Shown: piece after piece, positions 29,241 to 37,850 of the stretch
How the letters are laid out: the number at the start of each line of letters is the position of its first letter
Position numbering within the stretch: the first letter of the stretch is position 1
From: a virus
Virus record (IMG/VR): IMGVR_UViG_3300045988_113168
Reading direction: 5' to 3' (one strand)
DNA: 64,000 nucleotides
Program-made: the position numbers and the translations under genes
The notes under the pieces: model-generated
What the model saw: the letters and a program-made list of their open reading frames with translations, nothing else
Told to the model about the DNA's origin: nothing
Databases searched by the model: none

Positions 29241-29720
29241 GATAGGGGAGTACAGATAGGTACAAATAGGTATTTTATACTCCGAAGAATGGTCATTTTC
29301 GGTACATTTATGATACACATCGGGAAAACCCGCATAAATCCTAGACTTTTAAGCCTTTATTGGGTCAAAAAGGAACAAAAACATGGATAAAAAGGTACAA
29401 ATAAAAAGAAAAACTAGCCAAAATATAACGCAAATACGTTAAATTCTAGCTAATTACCGAATAAGCTACCGATTGAAAAATAGCGATTTTAAGCCATTTT
29501 TAGCTATTTTTAATGGAAAAGTGAATGATTTGTGGGTATATGTAGGAGATGGTATAGGGGTATATTTTGGGATGTTTTTGTCAGGGAGAAGTGTACCCCG
29601 GATAGGAGAGTAAAAGTGTCAAGGAATTATTTATTAACAGACTAGGAAGGTTAAAAAGTAGTAGTGTTGGTTGCCAATAGGAGAAGTATTGATGGAATTA
29701 TTGGAATTATTGGGAATTAA
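29241..29720. repeat. iteron-like short repeats in A-rich non-coding DNA
   Basis: RATAGG(R) words at about 29242, 29256, 29267, 29553, 29601 and 29677; AGGTACAAATA twice (29258, 29393); tandem GGAATTATT x3 at 29694-29720. Confidence 0.5.
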
Positions 29721-30138
29721 AGATAAAATAATATGTAAAATATTGCGATAAATCGTTATTAAATTGTTATTTCTTGAGGATGAATAAGAAAGATGTACTG
29801 GGGTTTCGGCCTGCTGCCGGGAACGTCCAAAAAATGAAAAGTATGCCCCATAGGTGCGAGTGCTGGAAATGCTCAAAATACGGCACTCGACAGGGCAAGG
29901 ACAAGGCGGGATTTTTGTCTGTATTGCTATCTGATAAAGTATCAACAGGTGCAGATAATGGTTAAAGAATTTTAATTGCTTGATAACGAACAAAAATGTT
30001 CGATACAAAACAAAATGTTATGTTGATTTAAAATCAACTTTAAATTATATATTGTTTCTTTTCAATCAACCATCAATTTTCCCTTATAAGGTAATTATAA
30101 TATAAAGCAAAAATCCATTTGTTGCACACGCAACATTT

Positions 30139-30180
30139 ACGGTGAAACCGCTTGACTTTCTACGGTGAAACCGTTATACT
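30139..30180 (+). promoter_or_regulatory. sigma70-type promoter P1 with two palindromic operators
   Basis: TTGACT(30152)-17 nt-TATACT(30175); ACGGTGAAACCG(T) at 30139 and 30162 (CGGT-N3-ACCG palindrome). Confidence 0.65.
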
Positions 30181-30262
30181 ACAGTCAAGCTCAAGGGCAA
30201 CACCGAAAAGCGGAAAACATGATGGTTCTGAAACACCGGAAAATTTCAGTTTCCACTTTTTG

Positions 30263-30325
30263 ACGTTTCACCGTTTGAGCGGTTCAAAAATAGGGCTTGA
30301 CAAAACGGTTAAACCGTGATACAAT
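30263..30325 (+). promoter_or_regulatory. sigma70-type promoter P2 with operators
   Basis: TTGACA(30297)-17 nt-TACAAT(30320); ACGGTTAAACCGT in the spacer, ACGTTTCACCGT at 30263. Confidence 0.65.
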
Positions 30326-30733
30326 ACAGTCAAGCTCAAGGGCGAAAGCCCAAAAGCAAAACCCAAAACCCAATAGCACATTGACAAGTCAAGATTTCTG
30401 ATTTTAACTTGTTTGGTTTAACTCTTGTTTAATTACAAGAAAAATCATGCAACAAAAGTCAAGATTAGAAGTCTACCATATCGGCAAAACTTTCGGGTTT
30501 TGTTGGTACGGTGCGACAAGTCACAATTTGCACCTTGAAAAACACGTTAAAGTAGAACGTTGTGAAACGCCGAAATTCCGTCAAATTGGCAAACAAGATG
30601 TTTTAGACGCAAGTCTTTCACTGGTCCCTAGGTAGACTATACCTAAGAGGATCAGCAAGGATGGTCAACAGTATGCACCTTGTATCAAAAGCGTACTGTA
30701 CCAGAACACTAAACAGAAAAGAGGTGTATTCAA

Positions 30734-30919
30734 GTGTTCAAAGAAAAGCTCAAAGCCGTTCTTTTTGTAGCTCTTTTTACTATTGGTTTCATTCTCATTA
30801 CCGCTGGTATGCTGGTTAGCTTTTGCGGATTGGCATACATGGGATATGCGGTTGTCTTAACCGTCTACGGCGGTTGTTCACTTCTTGCAACAGCTCTTGT
30901 TGAGGACATTCTCAAGTAA
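30734..30919 (+). CDS. small membrane protein
   Basis: 61 aa, GTG start after AGAGGTG, two hydrophobic helices. Confidence 0.5.
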   Translation: MFKEKLKAVLFVALFTIGFILITAGMLVSFCGLAYMGYAVVLTVYGGCSLLATALVEDILK

Positions 30920-30984
30920 GTCTATCCGGCAAAAGCCGTCACATCAATACACAATAAGTATAACACAAGTAAAGGAGAAATACT

Positions 30985-31848
30985 ATGTCTAACCTGTCTA
31001 ACGTCTGTCTGTCCATTCGTAAATCTTGCCGTGCAAGCTCTGAGAAAAAAGGCTATGCAAGCAATGGCAAGATGCTCATTTCCTACACCGTCAAGAACGG
31101 TCTGAACACGCTCAAGGCATACCCTAAAAAAGTGCCTGAGTACCTTCTCATGGACGAAAAAGAGTACAACGCATATGGCAAGGCTGTCCAGTACGTCTAC
31201 AACACGGCTTGCAATCTTAACAAGAGCAAGAGCAAGGGAGAAAATGCGGCTATTGTTAAGGTCTACACCGATAACTTCTATGAGTGCCTGAATGAGCTTG
31301 CAATCATCGTCTTTGGCGATACGTTCAAGATGGCGGAAACGTCCGATCTGGGTGGAAAGATTTTGTCTATGGCGGAAGCATACCTTCCCAACATGGACGG
31401 CGATTATAACCCTAGCAACCTTCCTATCAACAAGTTCGTCAAGGCTCTTGAGCCTATGCTTGAAGCGGTAGCAGCTCAGACCGTCTACCTTGAGGACTAT
31501 CAGCGGGATTATAACCTTGCTGAGAAGCGTTGCAAGGCACGTTTGGCAAAGGCAAATTCTCAGTTCTCCAACGCTCAGAATGCCCTTGATGATGCTCAGA
31601 AAGAGCTTGATAAGTGCAAGGCTCAGTGTGAGAAAGACGCAAGCGATAACACTATTAAGGATGCCACCAAAGAGAAGCATAATAAGGCTATGCTGTCCGC
31701 TCAGACCGTCTACGACGAAAAGAAAGCCGTTGTTGATACCATCAAGAACACTATCAGCTCTTGGAATATCAAACTTGAGGAAGCACGCAAGACTTTTGAG
31801 GAAGCAGACAAGGCTTTTAAGGCAAGTTCTAATAAAGTTGCCGCTTGA
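30985..31848 (+). CDS. hypothetical protein with C-terminal coiled coil
   Basis: 287 aa, SD AAAGGAGA. Confidence 0.65.
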   Translation: MSNLSNVCLSIRKSCRASSEKKGYASNGKMLISYTVKNGLNTLKAYPKKVPEYLLMDEKEYNAYGKAVQYVYNTACNLNKSKSKGENAAIVKVYTDNFYECLNELAIIVFGDTFKMAETSDLGGKILSMAEAYLPNMDGDYNPSNLPINKFVKALEPMLEAVAAQTVYLEDYQRDYNLAEKRCKARLAKANSQFSNAQNALDDAQKELDKCKAQCEKDASDNTIKDATKEKHNKAMLSAQTVYDEKKAVVDTIKNTISSWNIKLEEARKTFEEADKAFKASSNKVAA

Positions 31849-31960
31849 GTTAGTTACCGCTGACAGACCGGATAAAAGTCTGTCCCTGTCGGGCGGTAGA
31901 AGTCCGTCCCCTGATGATGGCATGAGCCGAAACAGGATTCTAAGAAAGAGGTGAAATATC

Positions 31961-32632
31961 TTGAAATCCTATCAGAATACGATGGGAGAAGTGCGTCAGA
32001 ACACTTCTGGACACTCTATCATTTACAACGGCACAGAAGTCAAAGAGCTTGATCTTTACGGCACATTTGACGGCGTTGTGTTTGTCAGTCGTCCGTTTAT
32101 CGCAATGGAAACAGGCTTTATGCCTATGTACGTCAAAACATCTATGGGATGGACTTCTATCCATCCTTGCAAGATTGTTGACTTCCTCAAAGAAGCATAC
32201 AAGGCAAGAAGTGTTTCCCTTTATGACTGGAATGCCTATCAGCAGAGCAAGAAAGAAAAGCGTCTTGCAATGGAAAAGGTCAAACAACAGCAGAGTGAAA
32301 CGGCTTTTCTCAGAGCGTCACAAACTAATGCAGAGGGCTCTTTGCGCTATCATAAGAGCAAGAAACGGCTGGATGACCGTTATAATGAAGTCGGTAAACC
32401 GATCCAGAAGAAACGTTCTCAGCGTGTCGTGTTTGGTTCTAATGAATACGTTACTGTTTCCGGCTGGATTTATGGCAGAACGATTTCGATGAATAATCAT
32501 AGTTTTGTCATGAACGAAAAAGTTTCGTATTATATGGACGGCACTGGATGCTGTGCCCGTGATTTTGATAACAGAGATATGCGCCCTTTGAATGACGTAT
32601 TCCCTGTGAAATCTGGCAAGAAAGCAAGGTGA
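31961..32632 (+). CDS. hypothetical protein
   Basis: 223 aa, TTG start 7 nt after AGAGGTG. Confidence 0.55.
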   Translation: MKSYQNTMGEVRQNTSGHSIIYNGTEVKELDLYGTFDGVVFVSRPFIAMETGFMPMYVKTSMGWTSIHPCKIVDFLKEAYKARSVSLYDWNAYQQSKKEKRLAMEKVKQQQSETAFLRASQTNAEGSLRYHKSKKRLDDRYNEVGKPIQKKRSQRVVFGSNEYVTVSGWIYGRTISMNNHSFVMNEKVSYYMDGTGCCARDFDNRDMRPLNDVFPVKSGKKAR

Positions 32633-32700
32633 TAACTTTGAGTTTGACAGCAATTCGTCAGAATGATATAATTGTACCATTAAGAAAAGGCGGTGCAATT

Positions 32701-32916
32701 ATGGCAAATCGTGATTATAAAAAAGAGTACGCCAGAGAAAAGGATCAATCGAAGCATATCGGCCTGAAGGTTGAGCCCACTCTCTTTGAAGCGTTCACGG
32801 CGAAAACAGAGCTAAATGGAACGACGAAAAACGCCGTTTTGAAAGCCTGTGCGGAAGCATACACTTATGGCAATCTCATTATTGATGAGAATGGAAAGCC
32901 TAAGATCAAAGGTTGA
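32701..32916 (+). CDS. ribbon-helix-helix (CopG/Arc-like) DNA-binding protein
   Basis: 71 aa; beta strand HIGLKV, then two helices PTLFEAFTAKTELNG / TKNAVLKACAEAY. Confidence 0.5.
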   Translation: MANRDYKKEYAREKDQSKHIGLKVEPTLFEAFTAKTELNGTTKNAVLKACAEAYTYGNLIIDENGKPKIKG

Positions 32917-32996
32917 TTCAAGCGCAAAGTGAACACCGATTCGTCAAACACTTTATGAGCTCAAAAATCATAGGGTGTTTTCTTTTTGCTCTAAAT

Positions 32997-33030
32997 TGCA
33001 TATTTATGCAAATAATATGCAGAATATGCA
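32997..33030. promoter_or_regulatory. operator-like TGCA repeats
   Basis: perfect palindrome TGCATATTTATGCA (32997-33010) plus ATATGCA at 33015 and 33024. Confidence 0.5.
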
Positions 33031-33182
33031 AAACGAAAATTCAGTAAAACCTCACATTTATGCCGTGCGATTAGCGGTCATGGGGAAGATAGTATACCGC
33101 TACCAGCCCAACAGGGTGCGCAATAGCGTTATAAAAACGAATTGGTAAAGCCTGGTTTGTCCTGGCAGAAAGGATGTTTGTT

Positions 33183-33311
33183 ATGAAATCGCTTCTCATG
33201 TTCTTTGGTTACTCTGCTTATCAGGCAAGCTGTGTTGCTCCTGTGATGTGGATGTTCGTTGTTGGTGTCATCGCTATGGGCGTGGCAGAATGGAAAGGGT
33301 GGTTGAACTAA
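33183..33311 (+). CDS. small membrane peptide
   Basis: 42 aa, SD GAAAGGA, hydrophobic; 1-nt stop/start overlap (TAATG) with next gene. Confidence 0.45.
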   Translation: MKSLLMFFGYSAYQASCVAPVMWMFVVGVIAMGVAEWKGWLN

Positions 33312-33583
33312 TGAAACTCGATCCTGTTTATTCCGATATTGTTAATCGCTTTCAGTATGTGAAAACGACTAACGCAGACGCTTGGCAGAAATATGTTAAG
33401 AGCGTCATTGCAGAGCATGAGTACAATGATCTGTTAACCCGGATTGCGTGGGATTTGCTCAGGTATGTGTACACTTCTGGTACGATTTGTGAGTGGTACG
33501 ATAAGTACAACGTACATGATTCCCATATCACAACGGCAGTCAAGAAGGCTTATGTTGAAGTCTTTGGAGTACCGTCAGAATAA
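33311..33583 (+). CDS. hypothetical protein
   Basis: 90 aa from MKLDPVY. Confidence 0.55.
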   Translation: MKLDPVYSDIVNRFQYVKTTNADAWQKYVKSVIAEHEYNDLLTRIAWDLLRYVYTSGTICEWYDKYNVHDSHITTAVKKAYVEVFGVPSE

Positions 33584-33639
33584 AAGATATGTTTTAAGGA
33601 AAGTTTGTTATGACCGCAAAAGAATAAGGAGAATGCAAA

Positions 33640-33780
33640 ATGAAAAAAGGTCAGTATTTTATGAACGATGAAACCGGTGTTATCACCAACATTCACAGGG
33701 AAGCTGTTGAATGGTTTCGGCAGGGTTCGAATGTTTCCATCTGGATTAACGGTGTTTTTGTATGCCGTTGGGGTCACTAA
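33640..33780 (+). CDS. hypothetical protein
   Basis: 46 aa, SD AAGGAGA. Confidence 0.45.
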   Translation: MKKGQYFMNDETGVITNIHREAVEWFRQGSNVSIWINGVFVCRWGH

Positions 33781-33796
33781 GAAAGGAGAACATAAA

Positions 33797-34120
33797 ATGA
33801 GAGCAAGTGTTGAAGTGTACGAGAACAATGCAGGCGGTATCTTTGTTGCTGTCTTTGGTCAGAACGGCCTGGAAAATATCATTCCGGGGTTTTATCATGA
33901 AATGATTTCTACGGCAGAATTCATTGACCAGTGCCTGCATGGGTGCTATGAATCGGATGATTTCAATCCGGCAGAATTTTCCGGCATGGATATGGATTCT
34001 GTTTACAATGAAATCAGCAGTCAGGATGACTTGATTGCAGAGTTTTTCGACAACAAAGAAATCATCCTGTATCCGGCAGACATGGGTGTTGCCGGAATGA
34101 AACTGTTTGGCATGGCTTGA
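33797..34120 (+). CDS. hypothetical protein
   Basis: 107 aa, SD GAAAGGAGA. Confidence 0.6.
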   Translation: MRASVEVYENNAGGIFVAVFGQNGLENIIPGFYHEMISTAEFIDQCLHGCYESDDFNPAEFSGMDMDSVYNEISSQDDLIAEFFDNKEIILYPADMGVAGMKLFGMA

Positions 34121-34202
34121 CCGTATGTTCACAAAATGTTCGCAGAAATAAAACGTATCAACGCATTAAAATGTGACGTTAATAAAATCTACATTTTAGT
34201 GC

Positions 34203-34231
34203 TTGACAAAATTATCGGTATCCTGTATTAT
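34203..34231 (+). promoter_or_regulatory. consensus sigma70 promoter overlapping reversed motif copy C
   Basis: TTGACA-17 nt-TATTAT; the spacer and -10 are part of GTATCCTGTATTATGTAGCTAA (34218-34239). Confidence 0.65.
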
Positions 34232-34239
34232 GTAGCTAA
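34218..34239 (-). repeat. 22-nt motif copy C (reverse orientation)
   Basis: GTATCCTGTATTATGTAGCTAA; inverted partner of copy D 38 nt away. Confidence 0.8.
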
Positions 34240-34246
34240 GAAAGGC

Positions 34247-34271
34247 AGTCCGTTAGAGGACTTTTATTTTT
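34247..34271 (+). terminator. small terminator-like hairpin between motif copies C and D
   Basis: AGTCC-gttaga-GGACT followed by TTTTATTTTT. Confidence 0.5.
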
Positions 34272-34277
34272 ACCGTT

Positions 34278-34298
34278 CAGCTATATAACACAGGATAC
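34278..34298 (+). repeat. 22-nt motif copy D
   Basis: CAGCTATATAACACAGGATAC, 17 nt before the start of gene 34316. Confidence 0.8.
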
Positions 34299-34315
34299 GA
34301 AAGAGAGGCTATAAA

Positions 34316-34549
34316 ATGGAACGGAATTGGAAACTTGGTGACGATATGGTTGTGAGCGACAATCTTCTGGATGGTATTACGTTTGATGATTTGATACTGA
34401 CAGTGCATTGCAACTGTCCCAAAATTACAGAACAGGCTGTAAAAAAAGAGCTGAAAGAAATTCTTGCGATTCATATGCAGGATATGGAATTTTTACTCGA
34501 AAACAATATCGACAAGATAATTGAGATGGCAAGTAAAAACAGAGAATAA
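34316..34549 (+). CDS. hypothetical protein
   Basis: 77 aa with SD. Confidence 0.6.
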   Translation: MERNWKLGDDMVVSDNLLDGITFDDLILTVHCNCPKITEQAVKKELKEILAIHMQDMEFLLENNIDKIIEMASKNRE

Positions 34550-34561
34550 GGAGAACTGGTT

Positions 34562-35059
34562 ATGAAACGCAATGACTATAATTACGAGAGCTTTTACTAC
34601 ACAAGCGACAGCTGCCTAATTCTTATGAATGAGGTTCGTTATAAGAAAAATGATTTCGGGGAGATGATTCTTGTACCGGATGAAACAAAGGAAGAAGTGA
34701 TTTCACCTACGTTTTACACAAACTATATCACAGCAATTCCGTTCTTTAATGATGATTTCTTTGGCCCTCATGCTTCTTGTGAAGCTAAATGGGATAGAAC
34801 GCCGGCAGGAGCTGTGCCTACTGTGGTAACAACGATCAATGGTGCAGGTGATGAAAAGATTGTCGCCACATTTACATTCATCAGCAAAAGTAAGCTTTTG
34901 GATACTGCTGGATGGCGTGAAAAGGAAGTCATCAAAAATGCAAAATACTTCCATATTGAAAGAATTGACGGTGCAGATATGATTTACTTCTACACTGAAA
35001 GTGATGGCGATACGGCAGAAGGCATTTTTGATACTAAGAGATCTATTTGGAGGGGTTAA
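34562..35059 (+). CDS. hypothetical protein
   Basis: 165 aa, SD AAGGAGA. Confidence 0.65.
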   Translation: MKRNDYNYESFYYTSDSCLILMNEVRYKKNDFGEMILVPDETKEEVISPTFYTNYITAIPFFNDDFFGPHASCEAKWDRTPAGAVPTVVTTINGAGDEKIVATFTFISKSKLLDTAGWREKEVIKNAKYFHIERIDGADMIYFYTESDGDTAEGIFDTKRSIWRG

Positions 35060-35063
35060 AATA

Positions 35064-35219
35064 ATGACTGATATTCAGAAAAAGATGTGGGATGCTCTTT
35101 GCAAAATGTCTGGTGAAGATGTCGCAAGGCTGTTTGTGAATTGGTGTGGAGAGCAAATTCTGGACAATGACTTCTACAAAAATATGGTTGATGAGGGAGA
35201 GATTGAAGATGAAGAATGA
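35064..35219 (+). CDS. hypothetical protein
   Basis: 51 aa from MTDIQKK after GGAGGGG. Confidence 0.5.
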   Translation: MTDIQKKMWDALCKMSGEDVARLFVNWCGEQILDNDFYKNMVDEGEIEDEE

Positions 35220-35643
35220 TTTTTACTGGAACAAGAACTATATGACTATTGCAAAGAATATTACAGAAAGGCATCGCACAAAAATTATAATACATAAAAG
35301 CTGGCAGTGGTATCTTGCTGAGTTTGATTCGCTTGAACAGCTACATTTCTTTGAAAACGTAGTTGGGTTCAAAACTCATTTTATTGAAATGGAAAATGGA
35401 ATTGCAAGATTTTCATTAAGCCATGAGTTTAAAGAAGAAAAGTATTTCTGGAAATTGTCTGAGCTTCCGGCTGGTGTAAAGCCCATCAAAGCATTATGTA
35501 ATGGTAGTATTGTTACCTGCTATTTTTTGAATGATGGAAAAATCATTCATTGGTATCGTCCAAATCCTAATGCACGAAATGTTTATAAACCAATGACAAT
35601 ACAACAGCATATTAAGCACCGTGAGGTATTTGGTTCATATTGA
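35209..35643 (+). CDS. hypothetical protein
   Basis: 144 aa from MKNDFYW after GAGGGAGAG. Confidence 0.6.
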   Translation: MKNDFYWNKNYMTIAKNITERHRTKIIIHKSWQWYLAEFDSLEQLHFFENVVGFKTHFIEMENGIARFSLSHEFKEEKYFWKLSELPAGVKPIKALCNGSIVTCYFLNDGKIIHWYRPNPNARNVYKPMTIQQHIKHREVFGSY

Positions 35644-35664
35644 AACGAAATAGGAGGACGAAGA

Positions 35665-35904
35665 GTGATTATTGATTCTATTCTTGACCGTAAAAACGGC
35701 AGGCGATACAGCGCACATGACTTCTATCTTGAAGTCAGAAAGTATGAGAGTCTGGGTGTAGGCACTCACGGTGAAGATATTTCAATCGCTATAGATTATG
35801 GCGATAACAAAGATGTGCAGCGTGTTCTGTGTCAGTACATCCAGCGCAATGGATACCCAACAGATATTGAGGACTACATAAGAAGTCAAGTCTGGGTGGT
35901 ATAA
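35665..35904 (+). CDS. hypothetical protein
   Basis: 79 aa, GTG start after AGGAGGA. Confidence 0.55.
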   Translation: MIIDSILDRKNGRRYSAHDFYLEVRKYESLGVGTHGEDISIAIDYGDNKDVQRVLCQYIQRNGYPTDIEDYIRSQVWVV

Positions 35905-35993
35905 GTAGTGGATGCAGGTGATTAGCGGTACTAGGGCAGACATAACCGCTATCAGAATGCGAAAGCATAAAAATATTAAAAGGAGTGTTTGAC

Positions 35994-36284
35994 ATGAAGA
36001 AGTTTAATTCGACCTTAAATAAAGGGTTCAATATGACTTTTGCAAATGGTATTACTGCAAGCGTCCAGTGGGGAGCTGGGAATTATTGCGATAATTATTT
36101 TAGCAAAGACTTCTTTTTCTCAAAAGAAGCAAGTTCTAATACAGCAGAAGTGGCCGCATGGAATGAAAGCGGCGAATGGGTTACAAATAAGCTCTACGAC
36201 ACCTTGGATGATGTTGCTGGGTATCTTTCACCAAATGAAGTGTTACAGTTTTTGAATAACTGTGCGAATTACAAAACGGTTTAA
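35994..36284 (+). CDS. hypothetical protein
   Basis: 96 aa, SD AAGGAG 8 nt upstream. Confidence 0.6.
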   Translation: MKKFNSTLNKGFNMTFANGITASVQWGAGNYCDNYFSKDFFFSKEASSNTAEVAAWNESGEWVTNKLYDTLDDVAGYLSPNEVLQFLNNCANYKTV

Positions 36285-36314
36285 AATCATGCTTTTATAA
36301 AGGAGTAAAACATC

Positions 36315-36620
36315 ATGACTATTGAAGAAGCAGTAAAGGATTTCATTGCAAAAGCAAACCCTTCTAAGTGGGAAGGATATAACGATGAGTCTCCCGAATG
36401 GGGAGATATTGTCCCCAGAGACGTTAACCTAAATGATTTTGAATATGATGTTGAAAATCGAAAAATTATTTTATCTTTTGTTTTTGATGACTACGGTCGG
36501 TTAGTAACATACTGTCGGATTTTTAACAAGAAGAAAGATGAATTGATGAATGCAGGCTATATTGGCAGCATTTGTTTTGCCGACATTATGTCAAATACAA
36601 TTCGTGGAATATTTTATTAA
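36315..36620 (+). CDS. hypothetical protein (paralog of 43395..43712)
   Basis: 101 aa; MTIEEAVKDFIAKANPSKWEG matches MTAREIARDFISKMNPCRWNG. Confidence 0.6.
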   Translation: MTIEEAVKDFIAKANPSKWEGYNDESPEWGDIVPRDVNLNDFEYDVENRKIILSFVFDDYGRLVTYCRIFNKKKDELMNAGYIGSICFADIMSNTIRGIFY

Positions 36621-36636
36621 CGAAAGGAAAATAAAA

Positions 36637-36792
36637 ATGAAGTATACCGTGAGCCTTGAAACAAAAGAAGTTTACGAAGTTGAAATCGAAGCGTCGGATG
36701 CAAATGTAGCCGAAAGAATTGCAATGGATATGTGGGAGGACGGGACATTAAAGCGAATGGATGGACTTATTGATTTTATTTCTAGTAAATGA
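36637..36792 (+). CDS. hypothetical protein
   Basis: 51 aa from MKYTVSLE with SD. Confidence 0.5.
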   Translation: MKYTVSLETKEVYEVEIEASDANVAERIAMDMWEDGTLKRMDGLIDFISSK

Positions 36793-36812
36793 TAAAAGGA
36801 GAAAATAAAAAA

Positions 36813-36962
36813 ATGTATACAGTAGAAGATTTTTATAAAGCGTATTCATGTTTGTACAAAACAACTAAAGAAGAAGCTATTGAAGTATATAAAAATTGCA
36901 GCGAGGAATTTGCTTATGAAACGATTTGTCGTTATAGATACCCTGATAAATATCCTTTCTAA
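36813..36962 (+). CDS. hypothetical protein
   Basis: 49 aa ORF, SD AAAGGAGA. Confidence 0.45.
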   Translation: MYTVEDFYKAYSCLYKTTKEEAIEVYKNCSEEFAYETICRYRYPDKYPF

Positions 36963-36995
36963 GGGAATATTCCTTATCAAAATTGAGGTGATAAT

Positions 36996-37241
36996 ATGAT
37001 GCGTAATTGTTGGATTGTCACATACAAAGATTATCACGGAGAATATAGCTAGTGTGTTTTTTATAAAAAAGAGGATGCAGAAAAATGTATCAAAGAGGAT
37101 TTTGAAAACGCGTTGCATGACTTAAAAAAAGATGGGTGGTATGACCCGTACACGGTTGATGGAACGTATTGGAAGACAATATTTATTCCGAATACCGATA
37201 TTGATTATGAATGGAATCTTAAGATTTCAACCATTAGATGA
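36996..37241 (+). CDS. hypothetical protein with in-frame TAG (codon 19, 37050-37052)
   Basis: SD TTGAGGTGATAAT-ATG is identical in style to neighbouring genes. Coding-like sequence on both sides of the TAG (..YKDYHGEYS-x-CVFYKKEDAEKCIKEDFENAL..). It fills an otherwise empty 250-nt gap. Confidence 0.6.
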
Positions 37242-37281
37242 CGAATAAAACAGATATTTTACAATGATTGAGGTGATAAAT

Positions 37282-37515
37282 ATGACCGAAAAAGATAAGC
37301 GTATTTTAAAATATGCGATTGATAATCTGATTGCAAGAGAGAATAGTTTGTGCGATGGATTTTGTAAGAATAATCCTACACATAAAGCAGAGCGTGAACG
37401 TGATAGAGATTTGATTATCTTTGGTATTCGTGATGTTTTATGTGAAGTTGAGCGTCTTGAAGAACAGGAAAAAGAGATGCTTGAAAATTCTAAACATGAA
37501 GTGGTTCAGTTTTGA
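37282..37515 (+). CDS. hypothetical protein
   Basis: 77 aa after GAGGTGA. Confidence 0.6.
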   Translation: MTEKDKRILKYAIDNLIARENSLCDGFCKNNPTHKAERERDRDLIIFGIRDVLCEVERLEEQEKEMLENSKHEVVQF

Positions 37516-37529
37516 TTGGAGTGATAAAA

Positions 37530-37838
37530 ATGTATAGTAGTGAAACTGTAAAACAAGTTAATGATTGGATGATTAACAATATTTCCGACTGGATGGTTGA
37601 GAATGGAACGGAAAACACCACAGAGGGTAATTGGATTATTTACACTGATGAAATTGTGAAGAAGTTCAATGTGACAAAGAATTGGATTACTGCATTTCGT
37701 GATGAAATCATCGATGCTCTTTATGAACACGAAGCAGTTGCAGATGTAACTTATGGATGGTTTCCCGATGGCGATGTAGAATGTTTCGACATTGATTTTT
37801 ATACAAGTTTTTGCCTAAACCTGAGTAGTGAAGATTGA
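37530..37838 (+). CDS. hypothetical protein (paralog of 41690..42184)
   Basis: 102 aa; shared ..W(M/Y)V E(N/Y)GT.NT..G.W ... KKFN(V/I)T..WI ... EVADV ... (I/V)DFYT..C.N. Confidence 0.6.
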   Translation: MYSSETVKQVNDWMINNISDWMVENGTENTTEGNWIIYTDEIVKKFNVTKNWITAFRDEIIDALYEHEAVADVTYGWFPDGDVECFDIDFYTSFCLNLSSED

Positions 37839-37850
37839 GGTAATAAAAAA

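Noticed and set aside
29694-29720. Tandem GGAATTATT repeats as a possible CRISPR or minisatellite
   Set aside because: There are only three 9-nt units with no spacers, so this is not a CRISPR array. I kept it only as part of the iteron-like description.
29634-30008. ORFs of 124 aa (-) and 63 aa (+) in the large non-coding region
   Set aside because: They have no SD, low-complexity or odd composition, and overlap each other within repeat-rich A/T DNA.
30447-30635. 62-aa ORF ending in TAG downstream of promoter P2; tempting as a third read-through case
   Set aside because: There is no SD before the ATG. The read-through frame runs into and overlaps the clearly coding membrane-protein frame at 30734. 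I treat it as leader RNA.
30922-31923. 333-aa minus-strand ORF covering the 30985..31848 gene
   Set aside because: It is Leu/Val/Cys-rich with low information content, as expected for the antisense of a K/E/A-rich coiled-coil gene. It has no SD, and the plus-strand gene has a good SD and context.
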